In this document: piece after piece, positions 8,668 through 18,136 of the stretch
Layout of the letters: each line of letters opens with the position of its first letter
How positions within the stretch are numbered: the stretch's first letter is position 1
DNA from: Myxococcota bacterium
Lineage (GTDB): Bacteria > Myxococcota_A > UBA9042
Direction: 5' to 3'
DNA length: 44,219 bases
Assembly (NCBI GenBank): GCA_044347905.1
Contig: JBIKTV010000003.1
Span: forward strand, 1-44,219
Program-made: the position numbers and the translations under genes
The notes under the pieces: model-generated
What the model was told of the DNA's origin: nothing
Database searches by the model: none
The model's input: only the letters and a program-made list of their open reading frames with translations

Positions 8668-9413
8668 GGCTGCCCCACCGCTTTGCGCACCGCGGCCAAA
8701 AGCTCTTGATCAGCGCCGGTCTGCAGGTGCTTTTCCGCCACCCCCAGCCAGTGCTTGGCCTCCTCTGGCTTGGCCAGGGCCCGAATCAGCGCCACCCGCA
8801 AGCTGTCGCGACTGCGCGCCGCGATCGCCGCCGCCGCGGTCCAGCTGCGCTCCACCTGGGCCCTCGCCACCGCCAAAGCCACGACCGCCGGGCCATCGCC
8901 AGCCAGCGAGGCGCTCAGATCGACCATGCGGATCGCTTCCTGGGGCTTGTCAGCGCGCATGCAGGCGTCCGTCGCCAGCGACCGCCAAGCCATCGCCGGC
9001 ACAAAGCCCTCCCCCGCGACCTCCAATTCCGGCTTGTCTCCGCGAACGTGGCTGTCCAAGAAGCGCTCAATCGCCTCGGTGTCGGCCTTTTTTCGCTCCA
9101 TGCCAAAGAAGATCCGCCCTGCGCTCAGCATCAACTGCTGGTGCCGCGCCGTGCTGAGCGCGCAGGCCTTGGCCCACTGGCGCTTTTTGTAGGCGGCCAG
9201 CATGGGCCGCAGGGGCTGGGAAAACCACTCGGGCCGATCGATCGCACCGCGCAGCGGCTGCAATTCCACCGCCAGAGCGGGCGAAAATGCCACGGGCGCC
9301 GCCCAAAGCGGGGCCAGCGGTACGACCGCGCCACAGAGCGCCAGCACGGCCGCCAGCCAACGCCGCGGCAGGGGGAATATTTGCGTGCGCATCGGACTCC
9401 ACAGCGCAGCCAC
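8664..9413 (-). CDS. Hypothetical secreted alpha-helical protein
   Basis: Signal-like segment RRWLAAVLALCGAVVPLAPLWA. Coupled to the downstream gene. Start may be ATG 9392. Confidence 0.6.
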   Translation of the reverse strand: MAALWSPMRTQIFPLPRRWLAAVLALCGAVVPLAPLWAAPVAFSPALAVELQPLRGAIDRPEWFSQPLRPMLAAYKKRQWAKACALSTARHQQLMLSAGRIFFGMERKKADTEAIERFLDSHVRGDKPELEVAGEGFVPAMAWRSLATDACMRADKPQEAIRMVDLSASLAGDGPAVVALAVARAQVERSWTAAAAIAARSRDSLRVALIRALAKPEEAKHWLGVAEKHLQTGADQELLAAVRKAVGQP

Positions 9414-9425
9414 GGGCGGGACGCC

Positions 9426-9453
9426 TTGACAGCCGCGCAGCCCATCCTACCGT
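9426..9453 (+). promoter_or_regulatory. Possible sigma70-type promoter for the ABC operon (TTGACA-N16-TACCGT)
   Basis: Perfect TTGACA at 9426-9431 and TACCGT at 9448-9453. Confidence 0.35.
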
Positions 9454-9654
9454 GGCGGCGCCGTGTGCGACAGGGGCCCCGCCAGCCGAATCGAGCTGGG
9501 CAGGACCTGACCGGCGCGCCGGCTCCCCCAAAGGATCGACCGCTTTGGCGGTGGATGGGACCTGAGGCGGCTGACGATGCCGCCTTGCCCCGCCGACAGG
9601 CGCCAGCGAGTGCACCTAGACGCACAGAAACTGGGAACAAAGCCAGCCCAGAGC

Positions 9655-9689
9655 CAGTGAACGGAAGCAGTGAACGGAAGCAGTGAACG
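9655..9689. repeat. 13-bp tandem repeat CAGTGAACGGAAG, about 2.7 copies
   Basis: cagtgaacggaag / cagtgaacggaag / cagtgaacg, just upstream of the GGAGGA RBS. Confidence 0.9.
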
Positions 9690-9705
9690 AGACCCGTGGA
9701 GGACA

Positions 9706-10674
9706 ATGAGCGCCAACACCATGATTCGAGTAAGCGATCTCGTCAAGCAGTACGACACCAAGACCGCCCTTGCGGGCGTCAGTTTTGACGTGCACGGCGG
9801 CGAGATCCTAGGTCTGCTGGGCCCCAACGGCGCCGGCAAGTCGACAACCATGAAGATCCTCACGACTTTTCTGACTGCCACCTCAGGCAGCGTGGTCGTA
9901 GACGGCGTGGATGCCAATGTCGATCCGGTCGCGGTCCGGGCCGGTATCGGCTATCTGCCTGAGTCAACGCCTCTTTATGCAGACATGGTCGTCTACGACT
10001 ACCTGCAGTACGTCGGCTCGATGCGCGGCTTTGCCAAGGCCGAGCTGCACAAGCGCATCGCCGAAGTGGTGCGGATGGTCGGCCTTCAAGAGTACGTGGG
10101 TTTTCAGATCGCCAATTTGTCCAAGGGTTACAAGCAGCGCGTCGGGCTGGCCCAGGCTCTGTTGCACAACCCAAAAGTGCTGATCCTAGACGAGCCGACT
10201 TCGGGCCTCGACCCCAACCAGATCATCGAGATCCGCAATCTGATCCGCGAGCTGGGCAGCAACCACACGATCATTCTTTCCAGCCACAACCTTGCGGAAG
10301 TTCGCCAGATTTGTGACCGGGTTGTGATCATCCACCGCGGCAAGGTCGTGGCGGACGGCACGCTCGACGAGCTGGAGGGGCGGGTCGCGGCGACGCACCG
10401 GCTGGTCGTGGGCGTGCAGGCCAAAGCCGGCAGCGACAAGCAGCAATTGACAAACGATCTCAAAGCTTTGCCAGGGGTCGTGTCGGCCCAGCTGTCCTTT
10501 GAGTCGGCGGCGCCCGTGGCCCACAGCACCTTTGAAATCGAGGCGAACACGGATCTGCGCGCAGACCTGTTCCGTTGGGCGGAGAAGAACGGCCACACCC
10601 TCTTGGAGCTGCGCCGCAAAGCCCTTGATCTAGAAGGCATCTTCCAATCACTCACCCAGGACGCCCAGGCCTAA
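9706..10674 (+). CDS. ABC-2 transporter ATP-binding protein (GldA-like)
   Basis: Walker A GPNGAGKST, signature LSKGYKQRVGLAQA, Walker B LILDEPTSGLDPNQ and H-loop SSH. ATG 9706 follows GGAGGA. Confidence 0.92.
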   Translation: MSANTMIRVSDLVKQYDTKTALAGVSFDVHGGEILGLLGPNGAGKSTTMKILTTFLTATSGSVVVDGVDANVDPVAVRAGIGYLPESTPLYADMVVYDYLQYVGSMRGFAKAELHKRIAEVVRMVGLQEYVGFQIANLSKGYKQRVGLAQALLHNPKVLILDEPTSGLDPNQIIEIRNLIRELGSNHTIILSSHNLAEVRQICDRVVIIHRGKVVADGTLDELEGRVAATHRLVVGVQAKAGSDKQQLTNDLKALPGVVSAQLSFESAAPVAHSTFEIEANTDLRADLFRWAEKNGHTLLELRRKALDLEGIFQSLTQDAQA

Positions 10675-10689
10675 ACCGGAGACCAAAGC

Positions 10690-11421
10690 ATGAATGCCGT
10701 CTTGACTCTGGCGCGCCGCGAGCTGGCCGCCACCTTCGATTCCCCCATCGCCTATATCGCCGGATCCGTGTTCTTGGTGGTCACGGGCCTGCTGTTCTTC
10801 TTTGGCTACGACGGCTCTGCGGACTATTTTGCCGCCCGCGAAGCGACTTTGCGGCCGCTGTTTGTCTATGCGCCTTGGGTGATGGCCGTGATTTTGCCCG
10901 CGGTGACCATGCGCTTGGTGGCCGAGGAGAAGAAATCCGGCACGCTAGAGCTGTTGGTGACCCTTCCGGTGACCGATTTGCAGATCGTCCTGGGCAAACT
11001 CCTGGGCGCCGCGGGCTTCTTGGTCGCCGTGTTGCTGGCCACCTTGGTGTTTCCCATCGCCATCGCCAGTGTCGGCCACCCGGATCTGGGGGCGGTGGCG
11101 GGCGGCTATGTCGGTTTGCTGCTGATCGGCCTGGCCTTTTTGGCGCTGGGCCTGCTGACCTCTACCTGGACGCACAACCAAATCGTCGCCTTTATCGTCG
11201 GCCTGCTGCTCTGTGTGTTCTTTTGGACCGCCACCGACGCGCTGATCAAAGTCGCCTTTGACCGGCCGCCGCTGGCGCTGCAACTGCTCAGCTTTAAGAC
11301 CCAGTTCGATGACTTTACCAAGGGTGTTATAGACTTGCGCAACGTAGTCTATTTCCTCTCGGTGACGGCGGTGGCGGTGACCGGCTCGGTTTACTCGCTC
11401 CAGTCGCGCCATTGGAAGTAG
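10690..11421 (+). CDS. ABC-2 permease (GldF-like)
   Basis: Motifs ARRELAATFDSPIAY, PAVTMRLVAEEKKSGTLELLVTLP, THNQIVAF and FTKGVIDLRNVVYF. About 6 TM segments. Confidence 0.9.
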   Translation: MNAVLTLARRELAATFDSPIAYIAGSVFLVVTGLLFFFGYDGSADYFAAREATLRPLFVYAPWVMAVILPAVTMRLVAEEKKSGTLELLVTLPVTDLQIVLGKLLGAAGFLVAVLLATLVFPIAIASVGHPDLGAVAGGYVGLLLIGLAFLALGLLTSTWTHNQIVAFIVGLLLCVFFWTATDALIKVAFDRPPLALQLLSFKTQFDDFTKGVIDLRNVVYFLSVTAVAVTGSVYSLQSRHWK

Positions 11422-11496
11422 AGGCCGCTCAGGCCACCTGCATTCGCTTCGTCCGAGATCGGTTGGATTTCGCCCCTGTCCCTAAGAGGTCGATAC

Positions 11497-13959
11497 ATGG
11501 CTCAGACTCCCCAAACTTCCAAGAAGGGCTCTCGTGCAGACGCCCTCATTACTCTGCTGGCGGCGCTTGGCATCGCGGTGGTGCTCAACGCGCTGATTAG
11601 CCAGACCAATATCCGTGCGGACCTGACGGAGCAAGGCATCCACACCTTGTCGCCGGCCTCGGTCAAAGCGGCGAGCGATCTGGAGGGCGTGACCATCACC
11701 GCGTACATCTCCAAGAAACTGCCGGAGACGATTCCGCTTCCGGGTGGCAACAAAGTGGCCCTCAAGGGCATCGAGCGGGCCTTCCGCGACAAACTGGAGG
11801 AATACGTCGCCGCGAGCGGTGGACGGGTCCGTCTGGTGTACGCAGAGGACAACAATCCCGGCGTTGGCACCGTGGAGGAGCAGGCTGAAGCGGCAAAGCT
11901 GGAGCCTTTCTCTAGCTCGGAAGCACAGTTGGCGGGCAGTGAGCTCAAGTTCTCTCGCTACGTTCTGGGCGCCACGTTCCACTACCAGACGGTGCACGAG
12001 ATTCTGCCTAAGGCGCTGGAGCCGGGCTTTCTGGAGTTCGAGATCACCAAAATCCTGTTGCGCCTCAAGGAAAAACACGAGGCCGCGCAGATTCAGAAGC
12101 AGCCGTTGGCCCAGGGCAAAGCGATATTTGATGCCGTCAAAGCCTGCAGCGAGCTCGTGCAGAAGAAGGGCAAAGTCGAAGACGCCAAAGACGATGGCGC
12201 CGCGGGCCTGTCGCTCAAAGGCAGCACCGATCCGACGCAAAAGCGCCTAGAAGCGCTGCAGGCTGCTCAGGACGATATCGCCAAGACTTGCGGCCAGGTG
12301 GCTACGGCGCTCTCTGCAGCGTCCCAGCTCAAGGGCAAGAGCCAATTTGGCGACCAACTGCTGTCCAACGCGGAGCAGTTCAAGGCCGTGTCGGACGAAT
12401 TGCTGCAGTTCCTTAGCGGAAAAGCCGGTGAAGACAAGGAGAAACCCAAGCAAGCGGCGATGGCGGTGACGCAGCTGTCGTCGATGCTGGAAGGCTTCTT
12501 TCGCGAAGTGGACCGCGCCCACACGAACCTGACCGACAGTCCCGGGCGCAAGCTCGTTGGCTTTCTGTGTGGCGACGACGAATTCTGCCCGTTTGCTGAG
12601 GGCCAGCCGCTGGTGCAAGAGCAGATGGCGGCGATGATGGGCCAGAATAACCCGATGATGAAGCAGATTGTCCAGGCGGCGACGCAGATCGCCCAGGGGA
12701 TTGACGACACCAACGCCCGCATCGGCGACAACCTGTTTACCCGCCGCGGCTATTCGATCCGCCGGGTGGATGGCGATCAACCGATTCCGGCTGAGGTTTC
12801 TGCGCTGATCGTCTACGCGCCGCGCAAGGCCCTTTCTGACTACACCCGCTATCAGCTGGACCAGTTCCTGCTCTCTGGCAAGCCGGTGGCGCTGTTTGCC
12901 CAAGAGTGGGATGCGGCGGTGCTCAATATGGCGCCGGCGGAGGACATGGCCCAAGAAATGCGCTTGGATTACACAAATCTGAGCGCCACCGGCTCCAACC
13001 TTCAGGAATGGCTCAAGCCCTATGGCGTCGAGCTGAAGCGCGAAATGACCTTGGACAGCAAGCATGTAGAGAACGTGCGCCTGATGAAACTGGTGAACCG
13101 CGGCGGCCTGCAATTCCAGACCCAGCAAGACTTTCCGCACGCGGCGATCCCGGTGGCCACGGGCTTTGATCGCAGCCACCCGCTCAGCAAGTCCCTAGAA
13201 AGCCTGCCGTTGCCCTACCCCACCAGCGTCGAACCCAGCGCGCAGTTGGCCAAGGACAGCCGCTTTGAGGTGGTCAAGGTGCTGCAGAGCTCGGACTCTT
13301 CGCTCAAGAAGAACGCGCCGCTGCCGTTGCTGCCGCCGGCGCTCAAGGAACTGGTCCTCAAGGAACAACCGACGGGGCCCCACACCCTGGCGCTGTACGT
13401 GCGCGGGCCGTTCAAGTCGGCTTATGCGGGCAAGGAACTGCCCAAGCGCCCGGAACCCAAGCAGCTTGACCCGACACGGCCACCCGAAAAGCTCGATGCC
13501 AACGACGCCGAATTGCAGAAGCGCACCTTCAAGGCGGAGGGGAGCGGCAAGTTGCTCGTCGTCGCTTCAAACTTGGGCATTGAAGGGCTCTCGCGCGATG
13601 CCGTGCTCAAAGGCTTCGACATGGCCAAGATGGCGCAATTCTCCGCCGAAGTGATCAAAGACTATCAGGCGTGGAATGCCAACTTTCAGAATTGGCAGAT
13701 TCGCATCGGCCAGGTCTCACACCTGCTGGCGGATAACCTACAGTTCCTGACCAACGTGATCGACTGGGCTACCTCCCACGAAGCCTTGGTGGAGATCCGC
13801 TCCAAGGGCGATACCCGCCGGCCGCTTCGCCAAATGGAGGAGGGCGAAACCAAGAACCTGCGCCTGGGCGCTCTTCTGGCTGGACCGCTGCTGCTCGTTG
13901 GGGCCGGCCTACTGCGCTGGCGCCTGCGCAAGGCCCGCCACGCTGCACTCAAGGTGTAG
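11497..13959 (+). CDS. GldG-family ABC auxiliary component with large helical insertion
   Basis: N-terminal TM plus RADLTEQGIHTLS. Also LEFEIT, YQLDQFLLSGK, NLQFLTNVIDW...LVEIRSK and a C-terminal TM. Confidence 0.8.
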   Translation: MAQTPQTSKKGSRADALITLLAALGIAVVLNALISQTNIRADLTEQGIHTLSPASVKAASDLEGVTITAYISKKLPETIPLPGGNKVALKGIERAFRDKLEEYVAASGGRVRLVYAEDNNPGVGTVEEQAEAAKLEPFSSSEAQLAGSELKFSRYVLGATFHYQTVHEILPKALEPGFLEFEITKILLRLKEKHEAAQIQKQPLAQGKAIFDAVKACSELVQKKGKVEDAKDDGAAGLSLKGSTDPTQKRLEALQAAQDDIAKTCGQVATALSAASQLKGKSQFGDQLLSNAEQFKAVSDELLQFLSGKAGEDKEKPKQAAMAVTQLSSMLEGFFREVDRAHTNLTDSPGRKLVGFLCGDDEFCPFAEGQPLVQEQMAAMMGQNNPMMKQIVQAATQIAQGIDDTNARIGDNLFTRRGYSIRRVDGDQPIPAEVSALIVYAPRKALSDYTRYQLDQFLLSGKPVALFAQEWDAAVLNMAPAEDMAQEMRLDYTNLSATGSNLQEWLKPYGVELKREMTLDSKHVENVRLMKLVNRGGLQFQTQQDFPHAAIPVATGFDRSHPLSKSLESLPLPYPTSVEPSAQLAKDSRFEVVKVLQSSDSSLKKNAPLPLLPPALKELVLKEQPTGPHTLALYVRGPFKSAYAGKELPKRPEPKQLDPTRPPEKLDANDAELQKRTFKAEGSGKLLVVASNLGIEGLSRDAVLKGFDMAKMAQFSAEVIKDYQAWNANFQNWQIRIGQVSHLLADNLQFLTNVIDWATSHEALVEIRSKGDTRRPLRQMEEGETKNLRLGALLAGPLLLVGAGLLRWRLRKARHAALKV

Positions 13960-14004
13960 AGCCGCCCGCGCCCCCCCACAAGCATCCAACCTACCGAGGG
14001 AATC

Positions 14005-15966
14005 ATGAAGCGTTCAAGTTGGATCGCCGTTGGCGTCTTTGCCGTGCTCCTGACGGCTTGGCTGGCCAAGGGCATGAAGAGCCCGCCGACTGCGCCGGCC
14101 CCCCTGTCGATCGACGGCTACGTGGGCGCTGTGAGCGATGACGAGATGCGCGCCCAAACCAAGGACAAGCTTTCGCCTGTCAAACAACTGACCGTTAAGT
14201 CGCAGGATAGCGAGCTGATCCTCGCACAGTTGCCCCAGGATCCCCCGGCCGCAGCCACGCCAGACAAAGCCGATGCCGCCAAGCCCCCGGAAGCCAAGTG
14301 GTCGGCCAAGCTAGTGCGCAAGGGCCGTAGCAGTGAGGCCAAGGCCATGCCCTACCGGGCGAACGCCATGGCCGAAGTGTTTGGCCGATCGATCAGGTCG
14401 ACGTTCTCCAGGGAGATCAAGGATTCAGACAAGGCCGAATTTGGCCTCGACACCGCCCAGGCGATCGACGTGGAGGCCCAGTGGGCCGGGCGCAGCGTCA
14501 AAATGCGCATTGGCAAGCTAGATAAGGGCAGCGAAGGCACAGAGCCGACCACCTGGGTGCAGGACCCGGCGCGGCCCAGCGTTGTGTTTCAGGTGGCGGG
14601 CCGCGACCTGCGTTCGCCCTTTGAGACCCGCTGGAGCGATCTGCGCGATCGCAATCTGCTGGTCCTTGATCTTGGTGCCATCGACAAAGTGGAGGTGGAA
14701 AATCCGGCGGATCCGCGAGCGGTGCGTTTCTCGCTGAGCCGGCCTCCTTTGGCTTCAGGCGCAAAACGCGAAGCTGGAGAGGGCTGGGCGATCACTGCGC
14801 CGGTCGGCTATCCGGTAGGCGATGTCGGCGAGTGGCTTCGCAGCGTGGAGCGCCTGAGCGCCGCCGACTTTGTCGATCCTGCGGATGCAGCCGAGCGCAA
14901 GCTTGCCACGGGTCTGGACGATCCCAAGATCGCCGCGAAACTGACGATCATGGCGGGGAGCTCCAAGACCGTCTTGGTCTTTGGCGCCGTTGACGCGTCC
15001 AGCGAAAGCAAAGACGTGTGGATGCGTATCGAAGGGCGCGATGAACTCTACAAGATCGCCAGCTATAGCCGCGACCAAGTGCTGACGCGCTTTGATCAAT
15101 TGCGCCAGCGCGCGTTGCTGGGCGGCGCCAAAGCCAAAGACGCCACAGAGGTGCGCGTGGTTGGCCCCGCCGGAGAGTTGGCCATGCGGCGCAATGCCGG
15201 AGTTTGGCAGTTGACCTCGGGTCAGGCGGTTGCAACCAGCGCAGTGGACAGTTACTTGGGAGATCTGGATGGCGTGCAAGTGGATTTCGCCGCAGACGCG
15301 ACGCCTGGGAGCGCCGGACTGTTGACTCCGGAGTGGACCGTGCGCCTAACTCTGGCGAATGGCGAAACAATGGCTGTCGAGTTGAGCAAGGAGGTCGATG
15401 GCCACGTGTTCGGCAGCGTCGTTGGAGCGGCAGGACGCGGCGACATTTTCAAGCTGCAGGCGTGGAATGCAGGTAAACTTCGCAAGACCTCAGCAGATTT
15501 TGCCGACAAGCGCCTGATCCCATGGGCGAAAGACGCCATCAGCGCAGTGGAAGTGCGGCCTGTTGAGGGCGAAGCTTTCAGTGCAGAGCTCGGCGCGACC
15601 GGCTGGAATCTCAAGCGCGGCAGCAAGATAGAGACCATTGAGCCTGACATTATGGCTGGATGGTTGACGGCCCTGACCAGCATTGAAAGGGGCGCCGCCA
15701 CCGAAAAATCCGCCGCCGATGCGGGGCTCGACAAGCAATTCGACGTCCTTCAGATCAAGGGCAAAGACGCAAAGATCTTGCAGATCGCCATCTCCAGGCA
15801 GAAATCTGGTGAAGAAGTGTGGGTGTCGACCCTGCAAAACGGCAAAGCGGCGGCGATCAGTGCAATTCCCCAAAGTTCAGCTGCTCTGCTGCAGAAAACT
15901 GCTGATTCTCTCGCAAAGAATTCTCCGGCCGATCCAGGGGCTGGGGCGCCGCCGTTGGGCAAATAG
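14005..15966 (+). CDS. DUF4340-domain protein (three repeats), usual partner of GldG-like operons
   Basis: N-terminal anchor, recurring FGLD/TGLDDP/AGL..P and DLRDR/QLRQR/DFADKR motifs, and position directly after the GldG-like gene. Confidence 0.7.
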   Translation: MKRSSWIAVGVFAVLLTAWLAKGMKSPPTAPAPLSIDGYVGAVSDDEMRAQTKDKLSPVKQLTVKSQDSELILAQLPQDPPAAATPDKADAAKPPEAKWSAKLVRKGRSSEAKAMPYRANAMAEVFGRSIRSTFSREIKDSDKAEFGLDTAQAIDVEAQWAGRSVKMRIGKLDKGSEGTEPTTWVQDPARPSVVFQVAGRDLRSPFETRWSDLRDRNLLVLDLGAIDKVEVENPADPRAVRFSLSRPPLASGAKREAGEGWAITAPVGYPVGDVGEWLRSVERLSAADFVDPADAAERKLATGLDDPKIAAKLTIMAGSSKTVLVFGAVDASSESKDVWMRIEGRDELYKIASYSRDQVLTRFDQLRQRALLGGAKAKDATEVRVVGPAGELAMRRNAGVWQLTSGQAVATSAVDSYLGDLDGVQVDFAADATPGSAGLLTPEWTVRLTLANGETMAVELSKEVDGHVFGSVVGAAGRGDIFKLQAWNAGKLRKTSADFADKRLIPWAKDAISAVEVRPVEGEAFSAELGATGWNLKRGSKIETIEPDIMAGWLTALTSIERGAATEKSAADAGLDKQFDVLQIKGKDAKILQIAISRQKSGEEVWVSTLQNGKAAAISAIPQSSAALLQKTADSLAKNSPADPGAGAPPLGK

Positions 15967-16184
15967 GTTTCGCCCTTTCCTCATCTGCCGCAAAAAACTG
16001 GCCAACTCTCTCGAATTGCTCAACCGGTGCCCGCTGGGCATTGGGCAGGTACGGGGCGCAAACATTTGGAACCCTTTGGCTTTCCTTGAGCGGCCGCGCA
16101 CCTCCGTGGGCCTACCCAAGCCGGCTCGCGGCGATGGACCTCCGATAAACCAGTCAATTTGATGCTCATTGGGCCTTGCGCAGC

Positions 16185-16216
16185 TGCCGTCACCACCAAA
16201 TGCCGTCACCACTGAA
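16185..16216. repeat. 16-bp direct repeat, 2 copies (TGCCGTCACCAC core)
   Basis: tgccgtcaccaccaaa / tgccgtcaccactgaa. Confidence 0.75.
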
Positions 16217-16391
16217 TAGGGTCTTTCGGCGCCGCATCAGCGATGCTATCTTCAGGATCCGCGTTGGCCGCCAGGGCTGCGTGAGAACAAATGCCCAGGA
16301 CAGAATTGCCCAGCGCATGGAATGCAATTAATATCTGCGGGTTAGCCACTGTAGCAGTGGGGCAGTTCCCGAGTTTCCAAGGAGCAATGGC

Positions 16392-18104
16392 ATGAGAATT
16401 GAGATCAAGATCGGCGATTTGCGCATTGTCGCTGAAGGCCAGGCGGTGCGTTTCAGCTGCCCGGATCTCGCCGTCAGCGGAGAGCAGACCGAGCTCATCG
16501 CTAGGCTGCTGACGCTCCTAAGCGAGTCGCTTCGTACCCCTTCCCTGCCCCAGATTGGCCCGGCGACAGCGGAATTGGCTCCTGCCGCGCAGGTCAGTTT
16601 CGCTTCAACCCCGCTCGTTGCCGCGCCGCGCTTCGCCGTGCGCTCGGCGGTGTCGGCCCCTGCCAGCCAAGCCGTCGCTTCCGCCCCAGTGGCAGATGCC
16701 CCGCCTGTGCAGCTTGAGCAGGCCGCCGCAGCGCCTTCGCCGAGATTCGCAGTCCGCTCACCTGGCGTGCCAGCCGCGGTTGTCGGCACAACGGCGACGC
16801 GAGTTCCTGGCCGCACGGCGGCGCTGACGCCCTCCACACCTGCGGAAACGACCGAAGCGCCTGTTGACAGCTCTTCGGCCCCTGCGCGGCGGATCCTGGG
16901 TGCAGCGCCCGCGGCTCCCGCGACCCCCTCTGCTCCGGCGGAGGTCGCCGCGCCTGCAGCGGTGGAAACTCCGCCCGTTCAGACTGCGCCCGTTCAGACT
17001 GCGGCAGTTCAGAGCACGCCCGTTCGGACCGTGCGAGTGGAGGCCGGAGCGGTCAAGACCGATGCGCCGACTGACGCGCCCCAAGCACCGGTCGCCGTCC
17101 GCAGAGTGATGGCGGCAAAGTCCCTGCCCTCAAGCGAGCCGGCCGACAAGCCCACCCTTGACGCCACGGCCGATCAGACCACCCCTGCCCCGCGCCGCGT
17201 CCTGAGGCCGTCGACACCAGCAGAGGCAGGTGCCGAGTTGGTCGCTACGCCAGCCCCTGTGGCAAAGACCGAAGGCGAAGCTGCCCCTCGCCGCGTGTTG
17301 CGGCCAGTGGAGGCGTCGGCAGATTCTGCCGCCTCGCCCGCCGCGCCGACTTCCAGCTCGGCCGCCCCTCAGCGCGTGGTTCGCCCGACGGCCCCAGCGG
17401 AATTGCCGGCCGCCGTGACCCCTCCAGAACCGGCGCTGCGCCGTTCGGTGCGGCCGACGGGAGCCAAAGAAGTGGCAGTCGAGGCCGTTCAGGCTGACGC
17501 CGACAGCGCGGTTCGCCGCCCTGGCCGGCCGCGTCAGACGCCACTGAATGGCCAACTGAGCAAGGACGCCGCACCGGCGTCTGACGAGACCCAAGCAGAG
17601 CCGCCGGTCCGCCGCAAGCCGGGTCGTCCGCTCGGGTCGCGCAATCGAGTGACCAGTGAGACTGCGCCCGCCCAGGCCCCGGGCCGTCCGCGCAAATCGC
17701 CGCTGAATTCGCCCGTGGCGGAGCCAGCGCCACAACTCGCCGCAGCCCCCGCCGCTCCGGCCAGTGAACCCGCCCCCAGCGAAAGCCCCGCCGCCTCGGC
17801 CGACCCCCAGGGCGAATCCAAAGGTCGCACGGTGCGGCTCGTCGATCGCTTGGACCAGTGGATGCGCGAAAACCCCGGCCCCAAGACCCGCGAGCAGTTG
17901 CTGGACGTCTCCATCGCCAACAGCTGGGTCACCGGCCCCGACCCGGGGCGGATCTTCTCTATGTGCATGAACCGCGAGAAGAACCTGTTTACGCGCATGC
18001 CCGACGGCAACACGGAAATCTACCTGCGCCGCGCCGAATTGGCCCCGCCCAACACCCCCGGCAAGCTGATTCGCCGGCCGGGATCGGGCAAGCCGACCGT
18101 TTAG
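16392..18104 (+). CDS. Pro/Ala-rich disordered protein with three AT-hook-like motifs and putative C-terminal winged-helix domain
   Basis: AAGGAG RBS. Motifs RRPGRPR, RRKPGRPLGSRNR and PGRPRK, then a compact C-terminal domain of about 70 aa. Confidence 0.65.
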   Translation: MRIEIKIGDLRIVAEGQAVRFSCPDLAVSGEQTELIARLLTLLSESLRTPSLPQIGPATAELAPAAQVSFASTPLVAAPRFAVRSAVSAPASQAVASAPVADAPPVQLEQAAAAPSPRFAVRSPGVPAAVVGTTATRVPGRTAALTPSTPAETTEAPVDSSSAPARRILGAAPAAPATPSAPAEVAAPAAVETPPVQTAPVQTAAVQSTPVRTVRVEAGAVKTDAPTDAPQAPVAVRRVMAAKSLPSSEPADKPTLDATADQTTPAPRRVLRPSTPAEAGAELVATPAPVAKTEGEAAPRRVLRPVEASADSAASPAAPTSSSAAPQRVVRPTAPAELPAAVTPPEPALRRSVRPTGAKEVAVEAVQADADSAVRRPGRPRQTPLNGQLSKDAAPASDETQAEPPVRRKPGRPLGSRNRVTSETAPAQAPGRPRKSPLNSPVAEPAPQLAAAPAAPASEPAPSESPAASADPQGESKGRTVRLVDRLDQWMRENPGPKTREQLLDVSIANSWVTGPDPGRIFSMCMNREKNLFTRMPDGNTEIYLRRAELAPPNTPGKLIRRPGSGKPTV

Positions 18105-18136
18105 TCCGCTGGACGACGTCAAGGAAGGTCCCTGCC

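Noticed and set aside
9706-15966. Assigning gldA/gldF/gldG symbols and a gliding-motility function
   Set aside because: Family similarity is clear, but these homologs are widespread outside Bacteroidota and a motility role cannot be inferred from sequence.
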